A stretch of DNA of 64,000 bases, taken from a virus. Position numbers and translations under genes: made by a program. Location of the stretch: IMG/VR virus record IMGVR_UViG_3300001567_000262, positions 69,336-133,335 of that record. One strand, 5' to 3'. Below, piece after piece: positions 55,367-64,000 of the stretch (the stretch's first letter is position 1; the number at the start of each line of letters is the position of its first letter). A model generated the notes under the pieces. It was not told the origin of the DNA and searched no databases. It was given only the letters and a program-made list of their open reading frames with translations.

Positions 55367-56560
55367 ATGCTGACGTCGCTTGATCGGAACAACAACGTAA
55401 TCGTGTCCTGGACAAACCCGCAGGGCGCGGCGCGGACAATTCTCGTCCGAAAGACGCGGGACTATCCGCGCAACATTCAGGACGGATTCATCGTGTCAGA
55501 CGCCGCCCCTGCGGTGGAGTCCTGCACGGACACGGAACCCGCGAACGGTTATTTCAACTACTACCGCGTGTTCTTTCAGGACACCGACAGCGCGTGGATT
55601 GATGTGCCTGTGGAGGACGACCGCTCGCGTATCCGGTGTGAGGCGTCTTTCGATTACCACGGCAAGCTTTACGGCAATCTCCCCGAACTCTACGAACGCA
55701 ATGACGAGAATGACGAGTTGCGCCGGTTCCTCGGCATCATTGCTTGGGAACTTGAGAAGTTCCGGTCAACACAGTGCGGCCTCAATGACATCTCGAATGT
55801 GAATGAGGCGCGGGACGACCTGCTCGAACATCTCGCGTGGAATGTCGGCTGGCTTCTGAACCGCGAGCTGCCGGTGCTTCGCCAGCGGGCCGAGATAAAA
55901 CGTGCTGTCGCCATCTACCGAAAGAAAGGCACGCGGCGGGGACTGATCGATCTGATTCAAGGGATCATGAACTGGGACATGGAGGTCATCAAATACAACC
56001 GCAACATCCTCATGACCGGGCACCCGGACAGCACGACGCTCAAAGTAAGCGACCCGAATGTCACGATGAACATGGATGCCGCCGCGGACACGGCGGACTA
56101 CATTCTCGGCGGCGACAAATCCCCGGACAGAATCCGCATCAAGATCAAGGCGACCTACGACTTCCACATGTTCGAGAAAGTCCGGAACAAGCTGTTCCGC
56201 ATCCTCCGTTTCTGGGTGCCAGCATGCATGAGCGTGATTCTGGAACTCGCCACATACAACGAGGAGTCCGGCTTCATCGGGGACTGGCGACCGGCGCAGG
56301 CGGACCTTCTTTCGAACAACTGGCTTCTCACGAATGCCTACACCGGAAGCGAATGGCAAATCCTCTCGGAAAGGACAACTAACAATCTCTTATGGAGAAC
56401 TCCGTTACTCACATCCCTGGGAAATCGGCTTTCACAATTGAAGGTCGTTTCATCGACATCGCGCACTTTCTCGATGGCCGCTCTGAAATCATCCGCGAGG
56501 GGCACAACATCGTCACGGATGCGGGACTCGGCCTCGTCGTCGGTGCGCTCGGCAATCTGA
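55367..56560 (+). CDS. Phage tail protein I (P2 gpI-like) with N-terminal FN3-like domain
   Basis: LYGNLPELY...LRRFL..I...LLEHLAWNVGW...RAEIKRAVAIYRKKGTRRGL; last ~55 codons overlap the next gene and look non-native. Confidence 0.75.
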   Translation: MLTSLDRNNNVIVSWTNPQGAARTILVRKTRDYPRNIQDGFIVSDAAPAVESCTDTEPANGYFNYYRVFFQDTDSAWIDVPVEDDRSRIRCEASFDYHGKLYGNLPELYERNDENDELRRFLGIIAWELEKFRSTQCGLNDISNVNEARDDLLEHLAWNVGWLLNRELPVLRQRAEIKRAVAIYRKKGTRRGLIDLIQGIMNWDMEVIKYNRNILMTGHPDSTTLKVSDPNVTMNMDAAADTADYILGGDKSPDRIRIKIKATYDFHMFEKVRNKLFRILRFWVPACMSVILELATYNEESGFIGDWRPAQADLLSNNWLLTNAYTGSEWQILSERTTNNLLWRTPLLTSLGNRLSQLKVVSSTSRTFSMAALKSSARGTTSSRMRDSASSSVRSAI

Positions 56561-56910
56561 CGAACGGGATCGCGCAGTGGCAGGTCGGAAGCGGCGATCC
56601 TGCATGGGACACGGCTCCCGTGGAAGCGGCAGCGGACAGGTCGGCGCTCGTTGCGCCCGTTTTCATGAAACCGGTCACAGCTTCCTACTGGGACGCCGCG
56701 AACAACCGATTCTCACCGTCGCCGACAGACACGATTGATGTTCGGGTCGTCTTTCTCGCCGAGGAAGCGAATGCGCCGCTGCGGGAGTTCGGCCTCGTCG
56801 GACCCGACCCTGAAAATGTTCTCTTCAATTACGTGATCCACGAGCGCATCTCGAAATCCGAGAATTTCAACCTCGAACGCATCATGCGTATCACAGTGCG
56901 TCGAGAATAG
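56392..56910 (+). CDS. Tail collar/fibre-base protein
   Basis: HNIVTDAG...QVGSG...V.FLAEEANAPLREFGL pattern of tail-collar proteins. Confidence 0.6.
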   Translation: MENSVTHIPGKSAFTIEGRFIDIAHFLDGRSEIIREGHNIVTDAGLGLVVGALGNLTNGIAQWQVGSGDPAWDTAPVEAAADRSALVAPVFMKPVTASYWDAANNRFSPSPTDTIDVRVVFLAEEANAPLREFGLVGPDPENVLFNYVIHERISKSENFNLERIMRITVRRE

Positions 56911-56934
56911 AACTGACGAAAGGAAGAACAACTC

Positions 56935-57462
56935 ATGGCAAAAAGAAGAATCCGTTATTTAATCGTTCACCATTCCGTGAGCGCGTGGGGCGACGGCGCT
57001 GTTGTCACCTCATGGCATACCGCTCCCAAGCCTAAAGGAAACGGCTGGGGCGCTCCCGGTTATCACGTTGTAATCTGCAACGGATATCCCAGCTACAACG
57101 CGTGGAGCAAACGAAAACCCATCGCCGCCGCGGACGGGCGCGTCGACAGAATCTGGCCGGAGGACAAAGCCTCGAACGGCTGCAAGTACGCGAACGCCGC
57201 CGCGCTCCACGTTTGTCTCATCGGTGATTTCGACAAGGACAATCCGACCGAGCGCCAGATGGAAAAGCTCACCGACCTTCTCGTGTTCTGGTGCCGCAAG
57301 TACGGCCTCGATCCGCGCACCGCGATTTTCGGCCACGGCGAGATGCAGCGGAAGATCGGCAAGGAAGACTACAGCAAAACGTGTCCCGGCAAAAACGTGA
57401 GCATGAACGCGGTGCGCGCCACAGTCGTGGAGAAACTCGCGCCGCAGGAGGTGAAGAAATGA
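56935..57462 (+). CDS. N-acetylmuramoyl-L-alanine amidase (Amidase_2, T7-lysozyme-like endolysin)
   Basis: IVHHS, GYH.VI, VCLIGDFD...PT..Q...L, IFGHGE, KTCPG zinc ligands. Confidence 0.88.
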   Translation: MAKRRIRYLIVHHSVSAWGDGAVVTSWHTAPKPKGNGWGAPGYHVVICNGYPSYNAWSKRKPIAAADGRVDRIWPEDKASNGCKYANAAALHVCLIGDFDKDNPTERQMEKLTDLLVFWCRKYGLDPRTAIFGHGEMQRKIGKEDYSKTCPGKNVSMNAVRATVVEKLAPQEVKK

Positions 57463-60400
57463 CCGTATCCCGCAATCAGTTTGATGAAGCGAAAAACTGG
57501 ACGGAGCCGGAATGGCAGGAAGGCGTACCCGTCATGGACGCCGATCTAAACCTCGCAATAAAGATCGGCAAGACAGGTCTGCGCCGGGCTGTGTGTGATT
57601 TCCTCGGTAACGGTTCGCCGAACGATGGTTTCAAACTCTCCGGGTTTGTGGCCGACCCGACTATCCATGCCGGAAATATATGGGTCGCCGGACTCAGGAT
57701 CGGACTGCCTGAAAATATCCAGGCAGCAGAGCAGCCGAACGCGCCGGTGGCGTTCCCAATCGGAAACGGAATCTGGTTCCTTGATACCGTTGAGCAACTT
57801 CTGACGAATGCCGACGACCCGGCGATCCGGGACTACCGTCTTCCCGCGAACGTGGAAACGCCGATCAAGGTGTGGAAGACGGACTGGACGCTCCGCAAAG
57901 TCCTCGGCGCGTCGCTCCCGACTCCCGAACCAGACCATTATCACATCGGCATAGCCCTCGAGGCGGGCGGCGTCCTTTCCGACATTCGCAATTCCGGGAT
58001 GATTCTCGCCGGAGCCGACACCGGATATCAGGACAATACCGGTGAAAGGCCAGGGAGCGGCCATCGTCACAGGGATGAGGATGTCGATGTAGACAACCCG
58101 AATTTCACCGGTGACACGCTCGAAGAGGTTCTCGACGAGATTGATTCCCGCATCGAAACCGTAGAGGGCGGTATCGGTGTCGTAACGCCTCACGCGGCAA
58201 CTCACGGCGCTGGCGGTTCGGACCCCGTCAACATCGCAAACCTGCCCGGTCAATGCACACAGGCGCAGGTGTCCCCGGCGCATTCCAGTTTGCATACAGC
58301 CGCTTTTAACGGGCTGCTACCCATTGCGCCGGACGTGAACGGCAACGCATCTATCGGCGCCCATCTCGCGGACACGGCCATTCACAGAAAGAATCACAAC
58401 GATCTTCTTTCCATGCAGGGCGGCACACCGACCGAGCGTTATCATCTCGCGCTCGATCTCTACAACGCCGCATCCGGAGCGGCGGGCGCAAACGCCGCCA
58501 ATCCATTCGCCACGGTCGGCGACCTCTCCGGCGTAGCGGCCAAGTTCGCGTCTCCGGTTCAGACCGCGCAGAATCTCCGCGACGTCGCGGCTGCCGACCG
58601 CTCGGACAAACAGGTGCGCCTTGTCGAAGACAAAGGCTCCCTGTACCGCTTTGACGAGACCGCCACGGGAGCGGACGATGGCGACGGCATTATCGCCCCG
58701 ACGTCCGGCACGGGACGCTGGTTCAAGATGTCCTCGGCTGTTCCCGACCTCTCGACCGTGCTTGCAAAGGGAAACAGCGCGGGGAACAAGCGCATTACGG
58801 GGCTTCTCAATCCGCAGTCGGGGGCCGACGCGGCCACGATGGACTGGGTGCTCGGCAAAATCGGCGCGGGCGGCGGCACGGCGCAGGTGTCATGGATCGT
58901 CATGGACCCGGCTGGCGCGCCCGGCACATATTCGGATTTGCAGCAGGCGATCAACGCGCTCGGAAGCGGCGGCGGGATTATCTGGGTCAAACCCGGCACA
59001 TATACCCTCAACGCGCACGTCACCATGAAACACAACACCATCCTCTACGGCCTCGGCTCGATGGAGGAAGGTGTCCCGGATGTCATGCCGACGTTCGTTC
59101 CCGCCACGGGATTTTCCGATTACTGCATGATCCAGGCGTCTCCCGGAAACAAGTTCCTGAATCTCTGGATCAAGGTTCCGAAAAACAGCATTGGCATCAG
59201 CCCGTACCGTTATTACGGCTCCCGGCTCGACGTCGACGGCTGTTTCATCGAGGCTGAAACCACCGATTTCGGAAGCGATTTCAACGCTACCACCATCGGG
59301 ATCGGCGGCGAGTGGGGTCTCTGGGGACAGGAGATCATGAACGGTAAAATCCGCAACTGCGTGTTCCGGCGGCTGCGGCATGGAATCTACTGCGAGCTGA
59401 ACAACAACACTGTCATCGAATACAACCGGTTCCAGGGCAGCGGCGGTTTCCGGTATGAACTCGATGATGTCATCTACTCGGCTGTCAATCAGGGCAGCAA
59501 CCAGTTCCGGGCGACGAGCGCGGTCGTGAACGCGGGATTGATCGCCGTGGGCATGACGGTTGGATTCAGCGACGGGACAAACAGCGATTACAGAACCGTC
59601 GTGGACATGGTGTACGACAGTGTGTACGGGTTTTATATCTGCACCGTGAACAGCGCGTTCCAGCACGGCTACGACGGCTCCCCCGGCCAGAGTTTCTACA
59701 GCCAGCCGCCGTCGTCCGGGATCACGGCGGGTGACAACACCTACGAGACGTTCATCTGCTTCAACTATTTTGATGGCGGCGGAAACGGATATCTCGACAT
59801 CAACGCCGTTCGCAACGCAGATACAAACATCGGGCTTCTCAACGCGTACATCATTGGAAACACGTCGGAAACGCTGTTCGTGGGAACAGAAAAGCCGACC
59901 GTGAAACTCCAGACCAGCCCGTACTCCTTTTCGGGTGGCGACATCCTGTTCCTCGGCAACACCTTTGCCGGACAGATATTTGTCGACGGCTCGAATACCG
60001 TGGCTTTCATCTGTTGCAACAACAACATCGGCTCGATTGACGCGACGGCCTATGAAGGCCGGGTCATTTTCAACAACAACCTGTGTCGCGGGAATGTGAA
60101 GCTGAAAAACGCGGCCACGACCAACGGCAACTATGTCGCGGGCAACCTTCAGGTCATCAGCGGGACAACGGAGAAGACGCTGGCTGTTGGAAATTTTGTC
60201 GCCAGCGGAATGACGCTCGCCGGGGACTACAGCGTCGCGGCAAATAACGTCATCGAGGACGGCGGTTTGAGCGTCGGCGGAAAAGGCTCGCGGGCTTCCG
60301 GCAATTCCGTGAGAGGCTCCCTGACGCTCGGCTTCTGGGGCTCGGCGACAGGCAATGTTATCCGCACGACAAAACAGGTCGCCATCAGCGCCATTGTGCC

Positions 60401-60983
60401 CCGGGCGCAGATCGCCGGAAATGCCTGCATCGACGAGTTCAACATCAAATCCGAAGACGGAAGCCAGAAGTTTTACGCAACTGGCACGTCATGTTCGTTC
60501 TACACGGCGGGCGACGTGGACAACTTCCAGCCCGGCTACTGCGTCACGTTCCAGAGCAGCAAGGACATCGAGACGCGGATGATCACCGGCGTGTCGGGCA
60601 ACACTATCTCGTGGGCCGACCCGCTCAATTCCTCTTACGGCGGCTCGTCCAACACCGCGTGGGCATATACGAATCTCGCGCACATCGACGGCGTGTCGTC
60701 GCTCTCGGTTGTCACGGGCAACTTCGTGTGCGGCGACATCAACGTCACGGGCGGCGTGAACCTGTCCTGCACGTTTGTAGGCTCGTCGTGTGTTGTGAAC
60801 GGCAACCGCGTCCTCGGCATGATGGTCACCACGGCCGCCGCGAAAAAGAACGCGGTTATCGGAAACATCTTCACAAACTCAAAGGCCGTGCAGCCGGGCT
60901 GGCCGAAGGTTTACCCGTTTTCCGGCACGCCGGACAACTCGAATGAAATTGCGCACAACATCATCAACGGCTCGGTGATTTGA
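57459..60983 (+). CDS. Tail spike with DUF6519-like N-terminus and right-handed beta-helix (putative depolymerase)
   Basis: WQEGVPVMDADLN N-terminus; GGGIIWVKPGTY entry into a pectin-lyase-like fold; repeated V.GN strands. Confidence 0.75.
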   Translation: MTVSRNQFDEAKNWTEPEWQEGVPVMDADLNLAIKIGKTGLRRAVCDFLGNGSPNDGFKLSGFVADPTIHAGNIWVAGLRIGLPENIQAAEQPNAPVAFPIGNGIWFLDTVEQLLTNADDPAIRDYRLPANVETPIKVWKTDWTLRKVLGASLPTPEPDHYHIGIALEAGGVLSDIRNSGMILAGADTGYQDNTGERPGSGHRHRDEDVDVDNPNFTGDTLEEVLDEIDSRIETVEGGIGVVTPHAATHGAGGSDPVNIANLPGQCTQAQVSPAHSSLHTAAFNGLLPIAPDVNGNASIGAHLADTAIHRKNHNDLLSMQGGTPTERYHLALDLYNAASGAAGANAANPFATVGDLSGVAAKFASPVQTAQNLRDVAAADRSDKQVRLVEDKGSLYRFDETATGADDGDGIIAPTSGTGRWFKMSSAVPDLSTVLAKGNSAGNKRITGLLNPQSGADAATMDWVLGKIGAGGGTAQVSWIVMDPAGAPGTYSDLQQAINALGSGGGIIWVKPGTYTLNAHVTMKHNTILYGLGSMEEGVPDVMPTFVPATGFSDYCMIQASPGNKFLNLWIKVPKNSIGISPYRYYGSRLDVDGCFIEAETTDFGSDFNATTIGIGGEWGLWGQEIMNGKIRNCVFRRLRHGIYCELNNNTVIEYNRFQGSGGFRYELDDVIYSAVNQGSNQFRATSAVVNAGLIAVGMTVGFSDGTNSDYRTVVDMVYDSVYGFYICTVNSAFQHGYDGSPGQSFYSQPPSSGITAGDNTYETFICFNYFDGGGNGYLDINAVRNADTNIGLLNAYIIGNTSETLFVGTEKPTVKLQTSPYSFSGGDILFLGNTFAGQIFVDGSNTVAFICCNNNIGSIDATAYEGRVIFNNNLCRGNVKLKNAATTNGNYVAGNLQVISGTTEKTLAVGNFVASGMTLAGDYSVAANNVIEDGGLSVGGKGSRASGNSVRGSLTLGFWGSATGNVIRTTKQVAISAIVPRAQIAGNACIDEFNIKSEDGSQKFYATGTSCSFYTAGDVDNFQPGYCVTFQSSKDIETRMITGVSGNTISWADPLNSSYGGSSNTAWAYTNLAHIDGVSSLSVVTGNFVCGDINVTGGVNLSCTFVGSSCVVNGNRVLGMMVTTAAAKKNAVIGNIFTNSKAVQPGWPKVYPFSGTPDNSNEIAHNIINGSVI

Positions 60984-61003
60984 GCCGGAAAGGAGTGTCA
61001 TAA

Positions 61004-61486
61004 ATGAGAACGATTGAAGGAGATTTCAGAGCGGTGTACAGCGCCGCGGCGGACGACTACGAGGTAGGCATACCGAAAGTCGCCGTGACCGACCCGGAAG
61101 ACGGGCAGGGAAAAACGTTCGGAGAAACCGGGGGGTTGTTCTGTCCGTTCCGCGAACCGGGGTTCCAGTTCCCGCTCCTCGCACCGGACGCGCAGCGCAA
61201 AGTGTCGAAGCCGCCAGCCATGCGAAGCAGGATGATCTCGGGCGAAAAGCCGATCTACGCGCACGCGATGATCCTCGACCGTGGCGGGCCCGTGTGGAAC
61301 GACACCATCGTGTGCCACGACCTGATCGTCACGGAACTCACAGCCGAGGAATGTCTCGGGTTCCTGCACAAAGTCCCAACCCGGCTCATGCAAAGCTACC
61401 GCATTGTGGAATCGGCAATTGTCCTGGAGCCGCCCGCCGCATGGGGGGAAGACTACACGGTTCCGGCATCCGAAGGAGGTGATTGA
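61004..61486 (+). CDS. Hypothetical protein
   Basis: 160 aa with AAGGAG SD, in the late operon. Confidence 0.55.
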   Translation: MRTIEGDFRAVYSAAADDYEVGIPKVAVTDPEDGQGKTFGETGGLFCPFREPGFQFPLLAPDAQRKVSKPPAMRSRMISGEKPIYAHAMILDRGGPVWNDTIVCHDLIVTELTAEECLGFLHKVPTRLMQSYRIVESAIVLEPPAAWGEDYTVPASEGGD

Positions 61487-61490
61487 ACCA

Positions 61491-61892
61491 ATGGAAGCCC
61501 ACAACAACCTGCTGGTGCAACTCGGCGGCATCCTGCTCACGCTCGTCGTGACGCTGATCGGCATCTTCAAGGGTCTTGTTCCGCAGCTTCTCGGCTCGTT
61601 CGAGAAACGGCTCGCCGACAAGGACTTCGTTCTGGCTAAACAGAGCACTGCGCTCGATGAGGTGTGCAAGGAAAGAAAAGAATTAACAGAGCGCTTCGTG
61701 TGTTCTCTGAAAGAAATAGTAGTTCAGAACGCAACTTCCATGTCTGTACTGACATCCACGCTGTCGGAGTTTCAGAAGAAGATGGCGGACGACCACTCCG
61801 TCCAGCACGAGAACCATCGCGATATTCTCGACCTGCTTCATGAGCAGAAAAAACCGAAAGCCCGCGCCGCCGCGGGTTCGCGGAAATCATAA
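61491..61892 (+). CDS. Putative holin-like membrane protein with coiled coil
   Basis: N-terminal TM segment LGGILLTLVVTLIGIF followed by coiled coil; GGAGGT SD. Confidence 0.5.
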   Translation: MEAHNNLLVQLGGILLTLVVTLIGIFKGLVPQLLGSFEKRLADKDFVLAKQSTALDEVCKERKELTERFVCSLKEIVVQNATSMSVLTSTLSEFQKKMADDHSVQHENHRDILDLLHEQKKPKARAAAGSRKS

Positions 61893-61927
61893 ATCCGGGC
61901 GTCGCCCGAAAAAACAGGAGGTATTCC

Positions 61928-62329
61928 ATGCATTTCACTACGGATCAGATTATCCAGATCGCCATCGCTCTGATGCCGGTCATCATCGCTGTTCTCGGCA
62001 TCGTTTTCAAACTCAACCAGAAGGACCGCGAGGAACTGGCGCACGCCGCCTCGAGCGCATTGAAAAGACTCTCCGCCGGAGAAATCGATTCCACACACGC
62101 GAAAGAACTCATTCTCGCCACCGGAGTGGTTTCGGAAAAGAAAGTCGATAAGGTGCTCGACGCGGTTACGATATCGCTCAAGGACAAGAAAGCGCAGATT
62201 TTCACCGACAAACTTATCCCCGGAGTAGGTGTGACCGTGGACACCGGCGGGGCGGTAAAGATCGAGCCGTCCGGGCTTCTGAACAAGCTGTCGCACAAGG
62301 CCGGGAAGTGGATCAAGAAAACGCTGTAA
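61928..62329 (+). CDS. Putative membrane-anchored lysis/accessory protein
   Basis: N-terminal TM IAIALMPVIIAVLGIVF; last gene before the terminator. Confidence 0.5.
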   Translation: MHFTTDQIIQIAIALMPVIIAVLGIVFKLNQKDREELAHAASSALKRLSAGEIDSTHAKELILATGVVSEKKVDKVLDAVTISLKDKKAQIFTDKLIPGVGVTVDTGGAVKIEPSGLLNKLSHKAGKWIKKTL

Positions 62330-62355
62330 ACAGGCCGTAAACACGGACGCATTCC

Positions 62356-62397
62356 AAGCGGGAGTCGGAGCGGGTGTTCCGGCTCCCGCTTTTTGTT
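62356..62397 (+). terminator. Intrinsic terminator closing the late operon
   Basis: AAGCGGGAGTCGGA / TCCGGCTCCCGCTT 14-bp stem (one G-U pair) followed by a T-tract. Confidence 0.8.
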
Positions 62398-62500
62398 GTT
62401 TTGACCCGTTTTAGGCTCCAGACACGCTAAAATAGGTAATAATAGCGATTAAGATTGTTATACTACGATTATCTCATCTTTTTAACATTATTCTTTATTA

Positions 62501-62537
62501 ATTGGCTTGACTTAACCCGCCCCCGGCGTAACATGTG
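62501..62537 (+). promoter_or_regulatory. Putative sigma70-type promoter (TTGACT-N16-TAACAT) for the amidoligase operon
   Basis: Read directly; near copy of the minus-strand element at 32418-32455. Confidence 0.5.
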
Positions 62538-62596
62538 TGTAGAATCAAAAAGCCCTGCAAGCAAAGGCTTTTTTACGGAAACGGAGGCGGAAAAAC

Positions 62597-63496
62597 ATGG
62601 ATTTGAAAGAGATCAGATTCGGGATCGAGATCGAAACGGTAAGACAGACTCGCGAGAAGGTTGCACGGGCCATCCAATCGGTGGTCGGCGGCACGGTGTT
62701 GCACACCGGAATGCCGCAAAATCAAGACCCATGGGAGGTCACCGACGCCCGCGGCCGGAAATGGAAAGTGGTCGCCGACGGGTCGCTCACAAACGTGGAT
62801 GCAAAGTATCGGGCTGAAATCGTAAGCCCGATACTCGTTTACGGGGACATGGACCAACTCCAGGAAGTGGTCCGGGCGGTACGCGCCGCCGGAGCGCACA
62901 CGAGCAGCCAATGCGGGATACACGTCCACCTCGACGCTGATGCTTTCACCGCGAAAGCCCTCGTCAACCTCGCAAAAATTGTCAACAAACAGGAAGACCT
63001 CATTGTAAAAGCTCTCGACGTCAACGAGCGGCGGCTCGCCTCTTACGCGAAAAAGGTAAACGGCGAGTTCATCGAGAAAATTGAAAAGCGGAAACCGAAA
63101 TCAAAAGACGAACTCAACAAACTCTGGTACGGCTACCAGAATCAATGCCCGACACATTACGATTCGACTCGCTACAGAGGAATGAACCTTCACAACGTGT
63201 GGTATCGCGGGACGGTTGAGTTCCGCTATTTCAACGGAACGCTCCACGCCGGAAAAATAAAATCATACATCCAGTTTTGCCTCGCGCTCGGCGCGAAAGC
63301 CATCAACAGCAACGCGGCGAGCAGCCGCAAGCGCGATCTGAACCCCATCAACAGCAAATACGATTTCCGGGTGTTCCTGCTCGGTCTGGGACTCATCGGG
63401 GACGATTTCAAGACGGCGCGGCAGCACCTGCTCGCAAACCTCGAAGGCGACAGCGCATTCAAGAACGGACGCCGACAAACCGAACAGGTGGCGTGA
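62597..63496 (+). CDS. Putative amidoligase (COOH-NH2 ligase-type) family protein
   Basis: [52 protein letters not shown] signature. Confidence 0.88.
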   Translation: MDLKEIRFGIEIETVRQTREKVARAIQSVVGGTVLHTGMPQNQDPWEVTDARGRKWKVVADGSLTNVDAKYRAEIVSPILVYGDMDQLQEVVRAVRAAGAHTSSQCGIHVHLDADAFTAKALVNLAKIVNKQEDLIVKALDVNERRLASYAKKVNGEFIEKIEKRKPKSKDELNKLWYGYQNQCPTHYDSTRYRGMNLHNVWYRGTVEFRYFNGTLHAGKIKSYIQFCLALGAKAINSNAASSRKRDLNPINSKYDFRVFLLGLGLIGDDFKTARQHLLANLEGDSAFKNGRRQTEQVA

Positions 63497-63510
63497 CGGA
63501 GGGCATTGGA

Positions 63511-63735
63511 ATGAAAATCAGAGTGAAATTCGGAAAGAACCCGTACAGTAACAAATTCATCTGCGGGTATTGCCGAGAGCCGTTCGAGCGCGGCGGATTC
63601 TTTATTCGACTCGAGCATGACGGACAGGTCGTCGACATACCGGTATGTCCGCGATGCTTTGAATCGGGCGATCTCTTCGAAAGCATGGTCGACCTGAGTA
63701 TCCAAAGTGCGTCACATCCGATTGGGTTGGCGTAA
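63511..63735 (+). CDS. Small zinc-finger-like protein
   Basis: CGYC...VCPRC; 74 aa; GGAGGG SD. Confidence 0.6.
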   Translation: MKIRVKFGKNPYSNKFICGYCREPFERGGFFIRLEHDGQVVDIPVCPRCFESGDLFESMVDLSIQSASHPIGLA

Positions 63736-63757
63736 ATTGCGAAAGGAGGCGGTTGCA

Positions 63758-64000
63758 ATGCGTATAGAACTGCGGGACGGCGAGAAATTCAACGGTTCGC
63801 CAATGAAAATCGTCGCTCAGATGAAAGGCTCGACGATGTTCTCGGACGTAAAGACCATCCGTGAGTACGTGGACATGTTGCTTCGCAACGCGAAGATGGT
63901 GGAAAACGTCGAGCTGACCGTTAAGGGAAACACGGATGAGGAACTGGCGCGGTCGCTCGTTTCCGAGTTGATTGATCGCGGTCTCGCACGGGAGGTGTAA
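63758..64000 (+). CDS. Hypothetical protein
   Basis: 80 aa with AAGGAGG SD; stop falls at the window end. Confidence 0.6.
   Translation: MRIELRDGEKFNGSPMKIVAQMKGSTMFSDVKTIREYVDMLLRNAKMVENVELTVKGNTDEELARSLVSELIDRGLAREV

Larger units (their letters stand above)
30710..64000. mobile_element. Prophage-like virion module (myovirus-type baseplate), probably defective; may extend beyond the window
   Basis: terL-portal-MuF-protease-MCP-baseplate-fibre-amidase order; no sheath, tube, tape measure, repressor or replication genes seen. Confidence 0.8.

Noticed and set aside
56392-56560. 169-nt overlap between the gpI-like gene and the tail-collar gene as a possible dual-coding region
   Set aside because: The extension is Ser-rich and out-of-frame-like; most simply a lost stop codon or a small indel.
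1-64000. CRISPR array, tRNA or rRNA genes
   Set aside because: No regularly spaced 25-45-nt repeats with unique spacers and no cloverleaf or rRNA-like sequence recognised; the 11-bp and ~105-nt repeats do not fit CRISPR geometry.

Overview
The window has two accessory blocks and no core housekeeping genes; I saw no rRNA, tRNA or CRISPR array. (1) About 1-30.2 kb is a defence island. A complete type-1-like BREX operon on the minus strand (brxA-brxB-brxC-pglX-pglZ-brxL) lies between two different large-serine-recombinase modules (LSR + two ParB/RepB-like genes on the left; DUF2924 + LSR on the right). pglX is cleanly split into a methyltransferase gene and a specificity gene. A Fic toxin gene sits between the halves, and a VbhA-like antitoxin helix is fused to the N-terminus of the specificity half. 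A Dbr1 (lariat debranching enzyme)-like metallophosphoesterase follows brxL. An AEP primase-SF2 helicase and two further Fic-HTH genes are nearby. (2) About 30.7-64 kb is a prophage-like virion module: tyrosine recombinase pair, terminase, portal, head genes, contractile-type baseplate, fibres/spike, amidase and an amidoligase operon. Its most unusual genes are a 1189-aa ORF fusing two intact Dam/FokI-class adenine methyltransferases to the prohead protease-scaffold, and a ~1500-aa MuF head protein carrying HeH/SAP-like repeats, a HipA/PI3-4K-like kinase and a possible ADP-ribosyltransferase domain, followed by two translationally coupled candidate immunity genes. Neck, sheath, tube and tape-measure genes are missing, apparently through a deletion near 47.3 kb. 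A ~105-nt structured element is repeated in front of the head-assembly and tail-fibre modules. All family assignments come from motif recognition by eye, with no database search.
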